NCBI GenBank assembly: GCA_013003515.1
Contig: JABDIW010000041.1
Location: forward strand, 1 to 36,794
Direction of reading: 5' to 3'
Length of the DNA: 36,794 nt
Source: Acidimicrobiia bacterium
GTDB taxonomy: Bacteria; Actinomycetota; Acidimicrobiia; Spongiisociales; UBA5794
How positions within the stretch are numbered: the first letter of the stretch is position 1; each line of letters starts with the position of its first letter. The translations under genes and the position numbers were made by a program. This document shows, piece by piece, positions 29,290 through 36,794 of the stretch. The notes beneath the pieces were generated by a model. That model ran no database searches, had not been told where the DNA came from, and saw only the letters and a program-made list of their open reading frames with translations.

Positions 29290-29334
29290 ATGCTCTGCTC
29301 TTGCCAGCAGAACGATGAGCCTCAGCTCCTCAGA

Positions 29335-30789
29335 TCAGGCGACCTGGAGGAGACGGAAGGGCTCGGTGATGTGGCAGTCGGAGCCGACACGGGAGTACAT
29401 GACGACGCCGCGCTTGCCGGTCGGCCGCTGGTTGGCACCCATGACGTTCTGGATGCGCTCCACGGTCACGCCCATGCGCTGGACAATCTTGAAGTGGGAG
29501 AAGTCCCCCAAGATCGCGACGTTGTTGCCGGTCGCAACTGCGTTGTCGAGCGACTCCGACGCACCGATGGGCCGACCCATGAGGGTACGGACGCCGTCGG
29601 CGGTGATGTCGACCGAGAAGTTGGCGTCGTTCGTGCCGAACTGGCGGATGGCGGCAGTGATGCCGTCAGCCATGAGCCAGCTCGACCGGTCGCGCCAACG
29701 CACCGGCAGCTCCACGTACCGCAGGTCGTAGACGTCGTCGGCGTCGAGGACACCCACGGCGTCGGTTGCGACCTCGGAAGCCACCACAGCATCGAGAGCG
29801 GTCAGGACGCCGGTCGGCTGAGCCGTGCCGGTGCCCGTCACGAAGATGGTGTTGAGCTGTTGGTCGCGGCCATCGGCCAGGAGGTTGACGAAGGTCGCGT
29901 CGAGTCCGGCGATGTCCTGGAGAGCTTCGATCGAAGCTTCGAGGTACGCCTGGCTCATGTGGACCGGGATCGCCTTGCCGACGAACGTCGGGCTGTCATC
30001 GCTGGGATGCTCGACACCCTCAGCCACCCACGTCAGAGAGACGCCAGCGGAGCTGACGCCGTTCCAGACGTTGCCCTCGACGAGGGTCACGTTGTCGCCC
30101 ATGCGGCGGATGTCGGACTGGCTGCCCGAGTTGTTGAGCACGACAGTGGGATCGAGGTGCGTCGGAACGACGACCTCGCCGCCCGAACCGTGGCCCGAGC
30201 CGATCTGCACAGCGCGGATCTCGGCTTCGGTCAGCGGCTCCAGGCTGCCACCGGCGAGCTTCTGGAAGCCACCGATGTAGTCGTCGTTGCCGTAGGTCAC
30301 GACGTGGCGGGCAACGAACTCGACGCCGTTGGCGTCCTCGCTCGAAACACCGATGCCGTGACCACGCAGCTTGGCCTCTGCCTCTGCGGCATGCTCGGGG
30401 GCGAAGCACTTGTCTTCGAGAACCTGGAGAGCGGCCGAGCGGACACGCTGGTTGTACTCGGCTTCGCCGTAGGCCCAGCGGTTGTGCAGGACTTCGAGCG
30501 GGTGCTCCTGGGTCGGGCTGTCGGCCTTGGGGGTCACGACGGCGGGGAACGCGGCGCGGGTCTTGGGCTCGTCGGCGGAGGCAGCGACCTGGGGGGCGCT
30601 GGCTTCCAGCTCGGCGGCGCGGACGTTGAGCGCGATGCGCTCATCGGCCTGGGTGACCCATGCTTCGAGCTGATCGAAGTCGGCTGCGAGCTTCTCGGCC
30701 TCTTCGCCCGAGCGGGTTGCGACGTCCTCTGCGAGGGCCTTCATGGCCTCGACGCATTCGGACCGGAACTTGAGGAGTTCTTCCATCAC
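29335..30789 (-). CDS. Major capsid protein, HK97 fold family, with an N-terminal delta/scaffold-like coiled coil
   Basis: Follows the prohead protease. Coiled-coil N-terminal region of about 100 aa, then a typical HK97-type body (…VVPTHLDPTVV…, …FGTNDANFSVD…). Start GTG 30789 or ATG 30786 overlaps the protease stop. Confidence 0.9.
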   Translation of the reverse strand: MMEELLKFRSECVEAMKALAEDVATRSGEEAEKLAADFDQLEAWVTQADERIALNVRAAELEASAPQVAASADEPKTRAAFPAVVTPKADSPTQEHPLEVLHNRWAYGEAEYNQRVRSAALQVLEDKCFAPEHAAEAEAKLRGHGIGVSSEDANGVEFVARHVVTYGNDDYIGGFQKLAGGSLEPLTEAEIRAVQIGSGHGSGGEVVVPTHLDPTVVLNNSGSQSDIRRMGDNVTLVEGNVWNGVSSAGVSLTWVAEGVEHPSDDSPTFVGKAIPVHMSQAYLEASIEALQDIAGLDATFVNLLADGRDQQLNTIFVTGTGTAQPTGVLTALDAVVASEVATDAVGVLDADDVYDLRYVELPVRWRDRSSWLMADGITAAIRQFGTNDANFSVDITADGVRTLMGRPIGASESLDNAVATGNNVAILGDFSHFKIVQRMGVTVERIQNVMGANQRPTGKRGVVMYSRVGSDCHITEPFRLLQVA

Positions 30790-31442
30790 TGATACTTCCT
30801 TGGATTGAGTGCGGCAATGCGGGCACGCGCCTGCATTGGGGTGAGGCCCGAGACGGGGTCGGGGGTCTCTTCCGCGAGTTCCTGCGAGTGCGGGTCGAAC
30901 GCAGTGATGGAAGTGGGAAGATGCTGCGAGCGGACGCCCGCGATTTCAGCTCCGGCGTAGGCCGGGGCGTGCACGATGCTCACCTCTTGGAGGTTCACTT
31001 CGCTACGGCGGACATGGGTGCGGTCCGCAGACCACTCGTCCTTGCCCTTGACCGGCAAGAAGCCGATCGAGAAATGACCGAGGATGCCGTCCCTGGTGAG
31101 GGTCAAGGCTTCCTCGCCGTCGGGAGTCTCCGAGACGTAGACCTCGCCGACGAGGCCGACGCTTTGCTGCTCCATGTTGCGCACCTGCCCGATGGGTAGG
31201 CGGCCGAAGCGGTGACCGTGCTCGGCGTAAGCGCGGATCGGGCGACCGGAGTTGATCGACCGGGTGAAGGCGCCTGTGCCGAACTCCTCCTGGTACCGCT
31301 CGATCGAGCGCGTCTTCGGGTTGAAGTCGGCGACGTCCGCTGGGGTGTCGAACGGGGCGAAGAGTCCGTAGACGGTACGGCCGTCTTTACGGACTTCGAG
31401 GTCGGCGTTCTCGAACGAACGCCAAAGCAATTCAGCACTCAC
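30786..31442 (-). CDS. HK97-family prohead maturation protease
   Basis: AEHGH and GHFSIGF...LQEVSIVHAPAYAGA match the S78 prohead protease pattern. GTG 31442 is preceded by AAAGGAAAC. An in-frame TTG at 31514 would overlap the upstream gene. Confidence 0.85.
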   Translation of the reverse strand: MSAELLWRSFENADLEVRKDGRTVYGLFAPFDTPADVADFNPKTRSIERYQEEFGTGAFTRSINSGRPIRAYAEHGHRFGRLPIGQVRNMEQQSVGLVGEVYVSETPDGEEALTLTRDGILGHFSIGFLPVKGKDEWSADRTHVRRSEVNLQEVSIVHAPAYAGAEIAGVRSQHLPTSITAFDPHSQELAEETPDPVSGLTPMQARARIAALNPRKYQ

Positions 31443-31491
31443 GGTGGAGTTTCCTTTGGTTCGCTGAGCGCCGGATTTCGACGCGTGGCAT

Positions 31492-32085
31492 TCAGTCGAG
31501 AGGGGGTGCGACAAGCTCGAACGTGCGGACCGAGTCCCACTGGTGGGTGGCGAATCGGTCCTGGTCGACCGGGACAGCGATGCCGACGATGCGCCAGCGA
31601 CCGAGCGACTCGCCGGGCTCAGGGTTCGATGCGTCGATGAAAGCGGTGAGGGTGTCAGGGAGTGACCAGACCACCTCGTAGGGGTCTTCTTCGGGCTCCC
31701 AGGTGATCGGGACGTCGATAACTGGGAAGCGCACCGAGTCCTCGACCGACTCCCAGGCGACCGTGACTTGGTAGGGGACGCCCTCGTCGTGGTCGAGCGT
31801 CACTCGCCCTGCGACCGGGATTGCGAGTGTTTCGTCGGCGATCAAGATGTCGGGATCGGGGACTGTCGAGCCGACCTCGCAGTCGCCGACCTCTGGGTCG
31901 ATCTCCTCTGGATGACACGCCGTGATCGTCACAGCCGCCTTCGGCGGTTTCGCCCCGAGCACTCCGAGGGCTATGACGATCGCGAACACTGCGGCGAGGG
32001 CAAGGATGCCGAGAGCGAAGCCGCTCAGGTACGGGTAGTGCTCAATGAAGGAGTCGCGGGTCTCCTTGCGCGTTATGTCTGTCAC
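31492..32085 (-). CDS. Membrane-anchored protein (197 aa; N-terminal TM helix plus beta-rich acidic ectodomain)
   Basis: TM helix LSGFALGILALAAVFAIVIALGVLG. GTG start in a GTGA overlap with the upstream gene. Confidence 0.65.
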   Translation of the reverse strand: MTDITRKETRDSFIEHYPYLSGFALGILALAAVFAIVIALGVLGAKPPKAAVTITACHPEEIDPEVGDCEVGSTVPDPDILIADETLAIPVAGRVTLDHDEGVPYQVTVAWESVEDSVRFPVIDVPITWEPEEDPYEVVWSLPDTLTAFIDASNPEPGESLGRWRIVGIAVPVDQDRFATHQWDSVRTFELVAPPLD

Positions 32086-32504
32086 TGTCGCGCCCTCGCT
32101 GGTGGCACCTCGTCGAAGCGCTCGTTGACGAGGCGTGTGATGAGGTCTTGTTGCTGCTTGACGACGTCGACCACCACATCGGCTAGCTGTTGCGTCTTCT
32201 CCGCCACGGCATGTGTTTCGTTGACCAGCTTCTCGAAGCGCTTCTCGCGTGAGGCTGCTTGCTCCTCACGCTGGGCCGTGTTCACGGCGACGATCTTCCC
32301 GGTGGCGAAGTAGCGGACGACGATCGCTAGACCGGTGATGGAGAGGCCAAGGAGTCCGAACTCCGCCCAACTGCCGCTCGTGAGATCGTTCGAGCCGACC
32401 TGCGAGAGGACGGCTTGTGCGATGACGGCGATTGGGGTAGCGATCGCGGCCACGATCACGAACAATGGGGGCACGGCTGCGGGCACCTCGTCACGCCTCC
32501 TCAT
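32082..32504 (-). CDS. Membrane protein (about 134-140 aa; two TM helices plus a coiled-coil tail)
   Basis: Helices LFVIVAAIATPIAVIAQAVL and FGLLGLSITGLAIVVRYF. Start is ATG 32504, or GTG 32486 which has AGGAGG 9 nt upstream. Confidence 0.6.
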   Translation of the reverse strand: MRRRDEVPAAVPPLFVIVAAIATPIAVIAQAVLSQVGSNDLTSGSWAEFGLLGLSITGLAIVVRYFATGKIVAVNTAQREEQAASREKRFEKLVNETHAVAEKTQQLADVVVDVVKQQQDLITRLVNERFDEVPPARARQ

Positions 32505-33852
32505 CCTCGGCCGCACGTTCGATCTCGACGGGCTCAGGTGGCTTGGCTGTTGGGTCCTGGAGCTGCACCGAGAGGAGGCCGGTGTGTTCGAGGACGGTCG
32601 GGTTTCCGGTCTGGACGAACTGTGCTGCGCTCTCGGGCGTGTAGCCGTCGCGCACGAGCTGGGTGATGGTGGAGGCGTCGTTGGCGCGCACTTGGCTCTG
32701 CTCTGTGACATCTTCCTGGAGGAACATGACGCGGGTCGGATCGAAGGTGAGGCTCTCGGCCCGGTTGGGCTTGTCGAGGATCGGCTCGACGGCTGCCATC
32801 ATCGACTCGGCGTAGGGGACGAACCATGTGTCGCCCCAGGCTCGGCGGGTCATCGCGTAGTTGCCTGCGTTGAGCGAGCTGCCTGCCAGCGCCTCTCGGG
32901 TGCCCATGATGACCGCAGGGACCTGCGATCGGGCGACCACACGGTTCTCTACCCCGCCTGTGAGGTCTCGAACCTGGAGTTCGGAGATATTCGAGCCGAC
33001 GACCGTCGCGTCGCTCGCGCCACCGAGGAACAGGGTGCGTCCGGCGTTGCCTGAGCCCGTGTTGCGTTCGAGGTACATCTCCTTGAACTTCTCGGCCTTC
33101 GCTGGCGTCGTGTTCGGGTCGAACTTGACGATCATCGACGGCGTGGCGTCGTTGCGGAGGTAGTTGGAGACGAACTGCCCGAGCTGGGCGTCGGTCTTGA
33201 GGTCTTGGAGCACGGAGGTGATCCAGGACCGGCCACGCCACCAGGCGTCGGGGTCGGGGTCGCTGTTGAACTGTCCGACCTCTTCGGGCATGAAGAAGGC
33301 GACAACTTCGCCGCGGGTGTTGCGGTACTGCCAGCCGACGAGTTCGGCGTCGGGCAGCCAGGCGTAGTCGAGGTCGCTGGCCTTGGAGCTGGGTGCTTCG
33401 AGGATGGCGTCGAGGCGGCGAGGATCGAGGAGGCGGGCGCCGTCGTTGTTGAAGCCGCGACGGTCGCGGTAGACGTAGCCGCCACCGTGGATCGAGTCGT
33501 GGTTCTCGACCATCTTGAACAACCGCGAGCGGTCTTGGCGCTGCGGGTTCTGGATGGGCTCCAGGCTCGTGTCGGTGAAGAGGTCGCCACGGAAGCTGCG
33601 CCACGCCGGATGGATCTGTGAGACGAGGCCAGAGCGCTTCGAGAGCGCGGTTCCGATCAGTGAGGAGAGCGTCTGCGTCTCGGCGTTGTCGTCGATCGTG
33701 ACCGGGATTGCTCCGTTGCGGTTCACGAGCTGCGACTGGCCGTTGAGCGCGTAGACGTTGCCGCCGTACTGGAAGACCTGATTCTGGTACTCCAGGAGCC
33801 CCTCAGCCTTGCCGAGCCCAAAGCTCGACCGGACCTTAGAAAGCAGGTTCAT
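32491..33852 (-). CDS. Portal protein (HK97-type Phage_portal family)
   Basis: Size and position after TerL. Pattern ...FLGGASDATVVGSNISELQ...MTRRAWGDTWFVPYAES... is typical of portals. ATG at 33852. Confidence 0.9.
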   Translation of the reverse strand: MNLLSKVRSSFGLGKAEGLLEYQNQVFQYGGNVYALNGQSQLVNRNGAIPVTIDDNAETQTLSSLIGTALSKRSGLVSQIHPAWRSFRGDLFTDTSLEPIQNPQRQDRSRLFKMVENHDSIHGGGYVYRDRRGFNNDGARLLDPRRLDAILEAPSSKASDLDYAWLPDAELVGWQYRNTRGEVVAFFMPEEVGQFNSDPDPDAWWRGRSWITSVLQDLKTDAQLGQFVSNYLRNDATPSMIVKFDPNTTPAKAEKFKEMYLERNTGSGNAGRTLFLGGASDATVVGSNISELQVRDLTGGVENRVVARSQVPAVIMGTREALAGSSLNAGNYAMTRRAWGDTWFVPYAESMMAAVEPILDKPNRAESLTFDPTRVMFLQEDVTEQSQVRANDASTITQLVRDGYTPESAAQFVQTGNPTVLEHTGLLSVQLQDPTAKPPEPVEIERAAEDEEA

Positions 33853-34003
33853 CGTCGTCCTCGTCCCAATCAATCAGGAGGGCAGCCGCGGCGATCGCCA
33901 CCGAGAGGAAGCCCAGAAGGACTCCGCCTGGATGGATGGAGATCGCAATGACTGCGAGTGTGATGGCGAAGATCGCCAGGAGGGTCGAGGAGATTGCGTT
34001 CAT
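33836..34003 (-). CDS. Unlisted 55-aa two-helix membrane ORF between terminase and portal
   Basis: My translation: MNAISSTLLAIFAITLAVIAISIHPGGVLLGFLSVAIAAAALLIDWDEDDDEPAF, ending at TAA 33836-33838. Fills the 166-nt gap. Overlaps the portal start by 17 nt. Confidence 0.45.
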   Translation of the reverse strand: MNAISSTLLAIFAITLAVIAISIHPGGVLLGFLSVAIAAAALLIDWDEDDDEPAF

Positions 34004-34018
34004 GTGTGGTGGCTCCGA

Positions 34019-35530
34019 TCAGAGGACGAACGGCTCAGGCTCCATGCCGCGGGCTGCGTAGTACGCCATCGCGGCTGCCATGAGCGGGGTCACGTCGGCC
34101 AGGGAGGATTCGCGGGAGAAGACGAAGCCGTTGTCGCCTGTCTTCTTCTTCACGACACCGTGTGCCGCGTCGTCGAGTGCGTCGTCCTTGCGGATGGTTA
34201 CGGTGCCGTTCTCGATGGCGTCGAAGAACTGACCGCAGGCGGCGATCACTTCGTAGCTCGACAACGGTCGGGCACCGGGGAGTTTGTCGAGGCCCTCGAT
34301 CTGGCTTGCGGGGCCGTGATGGTCGAAGACGAAGGGGACCTCTTCGAGCTTCTCGATGAGGTCGCCGAGGCGCTCAGTGACCCAACCGGTGCCTTGTCGG
34401 TTCTCCAGTAGCTCGACGATGCCGTCGGTGTCGCAGACGGCGATCGAGGTCATGGCTCGGGTGGGGTCGGTGTCGACGGCGAGGAAGCACTGGTCGTCGT
34501 ATGCGGCCTTCACGTCGGTCGCTTCGTCCCAGAGGGTGGGGTCGATGACTTGGGTTGAGGTGAGCTGTGGGCGGTTGCCGAAGGCTCGCTCGAACTCGCC
34601 TTCCTCTTCTTCGAGGGCGATCTTGGCGTGACGGATACTTGAGACGTTCTGGGTGTGTCCGAACGCTGGCATCCACGTGCCCCAGAGATGCTCGTCGTTG
34701 AGCACGTCGGCGTCGGGAGGGGCGGACCACTCGAAGTAGCAGAAGTCCTCGGTGTAGCCCTCCTGGACGGCCTTGCGGCCGGTGCGGACCTTACGGTTGT
34801 AGACCGTCGAGGCTCCGGTGCCTGCGGTCGAGCACACGAGCACTTGTGCGGCGATCTTGGTGATCATCGCGGGCAGGAGGGCTTGCTCGCGACGGTTGTC
34901 GGTGTCGGAGAAGATTTCGTCCATGACGGCGAAGTCGAGGACCATGCCGTGCCCCGCGCTCTCTGACGCTGTCAGGAGGTCGATGCGTGAGCCGTTGACG
35001 AACGTGATGGCCTCGTGGCCGTTGGATCGGTGCACCTTCTTGACGAGTGGCCAGATGGCCGACTTCTCAAGCTGGGGGACCAGCTCGTTGAGGAACTTCT
35101 TGCGGATGTCGGTGCCGGACTGGCCGGTCCAGACGCACTGTTGCGAGATGCCGAGCTTCTTCGGGGATTCGCCCTCGGGCCAGTCCTCGCGGGTGATGCC
35201 CCAGAAGAGGCAACGGTCGAGGAGTATCGAGAAGACGAGGCTCGTCTTGCCGGACTGGCGACAGACGGTGATGAAGGCTTCGCGGAAGGCGGGGATCTTG
35301 TTGCCGACGGCGTCTACGACGTCGACCAGCTCGCAGATGACGCGAAGGCAGATGAGCTGCCACCACATGAGGCCGTTGGACCACCCTGCGAGGCGGGCAA
35401 CGCGCTCGACGCGCCAGGCGAAGTTGTCGCGGCCCTCAGTCGGCGCCGTTGCGTACCTTGGAGGGCACGTTTCCAGCGAGGCTGGCAAGGGCGTCGGCGA
35501 TGGGGTCGGACTCTGGGTTGTCGATGGCAA
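34019..35530 (-). CDS. terL: Terminase large subunit
   Basis: Walker A-like VCRQSGKTSLVF, then VMDEIF, with a nuclease half downstream. No ATG upstream of the conserved N-region, so TTG at 35530 or 35488 is the likely start. Overlaps the TerS candidate. Confidence 0.9.
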   Translation of the reverse strand: MPSTTQSPTPSPTPLPASLETCPPRYATAPTEGRDNFAWRVERVARLAGWSNGLMWWQLICLRVICELVDVVDAVGNKIPAFREAFITVCRQSGKTSLVFSILLDRCLFWGITREDWPEGESPKKLGISQQCVWTGQSGTDIRKKFLNELVPQLEKSAIWPLVKKVHRSNGHEAITFVNGSRIDLLTASESAGHGMVLDFAVMDEIFSDTDNRREQALLPAMITKIAAQVLVCSTAGTGASTVYNRKVRTGRKAVQEGYTEDFCYFEWSAPPDADVLNDEHLWGTWMPAFGHTQNVSSIRHAKIALEEEEGEFERAFGNRPQLTSTQVIDPTLWDEATDVKAAYDDQCFLAVDTDPTRAMTSIAVCDTDGIVELLENRQGTGWVTERLGDLIEKLEEVPFVFDHHGPASQIEGLDKLPGARPLSSYEVIAACGQFFDAIENGTVTIRKDDALDDAAHGVVKKKTGDNGFVFSRESSLADVTPLMAAAMAYYAARGMEPEPFVL

Positions 35531-35738
35531 GACGGATCACCTCGACTGCGTCTTGGAGACGCTTCCAGAGGGCGGCATTGGTGAAGTCCGCGTCGACGGC
35601 GTGGGCGAGCCCGATGGCGAGTGCTTGGTCGGCGGAGTTGACGGGGGACGTGACCGGCATGGAGTCGATCCACGTGACGATCTGGTCCGACATCGGGGTC
35701 GAGCCAGCTCCGTGTGCCGTGATCTTCTCTCCGTACAT
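35436..35738 (-). CDS. Terminase small subunit candidate (100 aa), assigned by position
   Basis: Lies between the HNH and TerL genes. ATG 35738 is 2 nt after the HNH stop. Helical acidic protein. Confidence 0.5.
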   Translation of the reverse strand: MYGEKITAHGAGSTPMSDQIVTWIDSMPVTSPVNSADQALAIGLAHAVDADFTNAALWKRLQDAVEVIRLAIDNPESDPIADALASLAGNVPSKVRNGAD

Positions 35739-35740
35739 GG

Positions 35741-35995
35741 TCAGAGGTCCCTCGAAGGTCGGCGCCGATGCGAGGCTCGGAAGACTCGGGCGCTATTGCA
35801 GTGCTTGCACGCTGCTCGGAGGTTGTTCTCGTCGAACCACTCGCCGTCGGCTTCGATCGGAATGATGTGGTCGACGTCGGTGGCTCTTTCGGTGCATCCG
35901 TCGAGCCCGATTTGACATATATAACCGTCGCGTTCGAGGATCACGAGCCGGACTTTGCGCCACGTCGCCGAGTTGTAACAGCGGTGCGCATCCAT
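35741..35995 (-). CDS. HNH endonuclease (84 aa)
   Basis: CQIGLDGC...DVDHIIPIEADGEWFDENNLRAACKHCN is an H-N-H motif with a Cys4 zinc site. The classic position next to the terminase in cos-type phages. Confidence 0.85.
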   Translation of the reverse strand: MDAHRCYNSATWRKVRLVILERDGYICQIGLDGCTERATDVDHIIPIEADGEWFDENNLRAACKHCNSARVFRASHRRRPSRDL

Positions 35996-36000
35996 CGTGG

Positions 36001-36279
36001 CTATACCTCTATGCCGAGCACCTTCACCTTCGCATCGGTGATCGTGGTGAGTCCTGCGTTCAGGACCCTTACTGTGCATGTGGTGGCGGTCTGGGCGACC
36101 ACTCCGACGACCGTCAAGGTGTCTGGGCCACCGAATATCGAAGGGAACGCGGCGTATGCGGCGTCCGAGAAGGGCCGGACCCATGTCAGGACGACATCTT
36201 GGGCTCCGACCGGGATCGAGGGCGTCGTTTCGACGCCTTGCGGGCCAGATTGGCCCGCTGTGCGAGTTCTGACGATCAT
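36001..36279 (-). CDS. Hypothetical 92-aa beta-rich protein
   Basis: ATGA overlap with the upstream gene. Ends 5 nt before the HNH ATG. Confidence 0.55.
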   Translation of the reverse strand: MIVRTRTAGQSGPQGVETTPSIPVGAQDVVLTWVRPFSDAAYAAFPSIFGGPDTLTVVGVVAQTATTCTVRVLNAGLTTITDAKVKVLGIEV

Positions 36280-36566
36280 GTGACGGCCAAGTGGTAGCTC
36301 GGGGCGCCGGGGGACCGTAGTTTCACGACCAGGGCCCCGGTTGCGGCCGCTGTGAGCTGGACTGAGCCACTCGCGTCGATGCCGGTGCCGACATACTCGA
36401 CGTCATCGGCCTCGACGGTGGGGTCGGGCGGATTCTCGCCAAATGTCCACCAGATGGTCGACCCTCCACTACGGTTCACGACGTGGATCTGAGGGTTGGA
36501 CGGCGGATCGGTGAATGTGTGAGTTGTCACGATTCCTGCGACCAGTTGGCCACTACGTGTAGGCAC
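36276..36566 (-). CDS. Hypothetical 96-aa protein (first gene after the genome-end non-coding region)
   Basis: GTG 36566 is preceded by CGAAAGGG. Coding-like composition. Confidence 0.55.
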   Translation of the reverse strand: MPTRSGQLVAGIVTTHTFTDPPSNPQIHVVNRSGGSTIWWTFGENPPDPTVEADDVEYVGTGIDASGSVQLTAAATGALVVKLRSPGAPSYHLAVT

Positions 36567-36645
36567 GCTGTCACGCCCTTTCGGTGCTTCGCCCGTGGAT
36601 CTGGTCGAGACCGGTCTGGCATGGTGGTGCCCACCTTAGCGATGC

Positions 36646-36674
36646 AAGTTAACATGGTGACACATACGTTGCAA
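36646..36674 (-). promoter_or_regulatory. Candidate leftward promoter
   Basis: Minus strand reads TTGCAA (36669-36674), a 17-nt spacer, then TAACTT (36646-36651). AT-richer context about 80 nt upstream of the 36566 start. Confidence 0.25.
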
Positions 36675-36717
36675 CCATATGACGAAAGAAATTCTCCGAC
36701 CCCATGGTCCTTATGGC

Positions 36718-36768
36718 CTATACCCACGCAGCGTGGTGGGCGGTTCCCACGCATCGTGGCGGGTATAG
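36718..36768. promoter_or_regulatory. Nested palindromes near the genome end (cos-proximal or operator-like)
   Basis: Outer inverted repeat CTATACCC (36718-36725) / GGGTATAG (36761-36768). It encloses two similar palindromes, CCACGCAGCGTGG (36724-36736) and CCACGCATCGTGG (36747-36759). Confidence 0.35.
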
Positions 36769-36794
36769 CACTCTGCGTAGCTGCCCTCGGAGAG

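Larger units (their letters stand above)
1..36794 (-). mobile_element. Near-complete temperate siphovirus-type actinophage genome (HK97-like head module, long-tail module), shown in reverse orientation
   Basis: Contiguous minus-strand modules: HNH-TerS-TerL-portal-protease-capsid-tail-lysis, then integrase and regulators, then replication genes. Dense packing with ATGA/GTGA overlaps. Integrase is central, not at an end. Confidence 0.8.

Noticed and set aside
35436-35530. The 95-nt overlap between the TerS candidate and TerL as a possible programmed frameshift or fusion.
   Set aside because: There is no slippery heptamer in the overlap. TerL simply lacks an upstream ATG and probably starts at TTG 35530 or 35488. 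Overlap length depends on that uncertain start.
36527-36754. 75-aa minus-strand ORF in the genome-end region.
   Set aside because: It spans the AT-richer palindrome-rich non-coding region, overlaps the start of the 36566 gene, has no RBS and has odd composition. Probably not coding.
1-36794. Search by eye of non-coding gaps (8980-9154, 11074-11143, 13129-13232, 36567-36794) for tRNA, rRNA or tmRNA genes.
   Set aside because: I saw no cloverleaf-compatible arms or a GTTCGAATC-like T-loop. The gaps are explained by hairpins, palindromes and promoter-like sequence. A tRNAscan-type run would be the decisive check.

Overview
The window is visibly GC-rich (actinobacterial style) and reads as an essentially complete temperate siphovirus-type phage genome drawn in reverse orientation. 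Almost every gene is on the minus strand, packed tightly with many ATGA/GTGA stop-start overlaps. Module order from right to left on the minus strand: (1) two small genes, HNH endonuclease, small and large terminase, a 55-aa membrane ORF missing from the ORF track, and portal; (2) two membrane-protein genes, HK97-type prohead protease and major capsid protein; (3) head-tail joining genes, a putative tail tube, tail chaperones with a canonical -1 slippery site (CCCAAAA) and tape measure; (4) distal-tail and tip proteins, a sulfotransferase-like gene and a 711-aa repeat-built fibre protein; (5) holin and amidase endolysin; (6) an accessory block with an HTH-like protein, a metallophosphoesterase and a small secreted Cys-rich protein. 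The only plus-strand block is a six-gene regulatory operon (11484-13128). It diverges from an excisionase-like HTH gene, a 92-aa gene and the large serine integrase across a 118-bp switch region containing a perfect 19-bp palindrome. Further left lie an XRE-type HTH gene, an LPXTG cell-wall-anchored Pro/Thr-rich protein flanked by hairpins, and the early region. The early region encodes a RecB/Cas4-like nuclease, an SSB-like protein, dCMP deaminase, a dATP/dGTP-diphosphohydrolase-like protein, a DNA methyltransferase, several exported small proteins and a PrimPol-helicase. I saw no rRNA, tRNA or CRISPR array. The integrase is central rather than terminal, so the layout looks like a virion-form genome rather than an integrated prophage with host flanks. 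The most unusual items are the duplicated [beta-sandwich domain + GIAPTTAFG repeat array] fibre, a conserved 30-nt element upstream of two tail genes, enzymes and membrane proteins embedded in structural modules, and paralogous small genes bracketing the immunity region. All functional calls come from motif recognition by eye. No database search was run.
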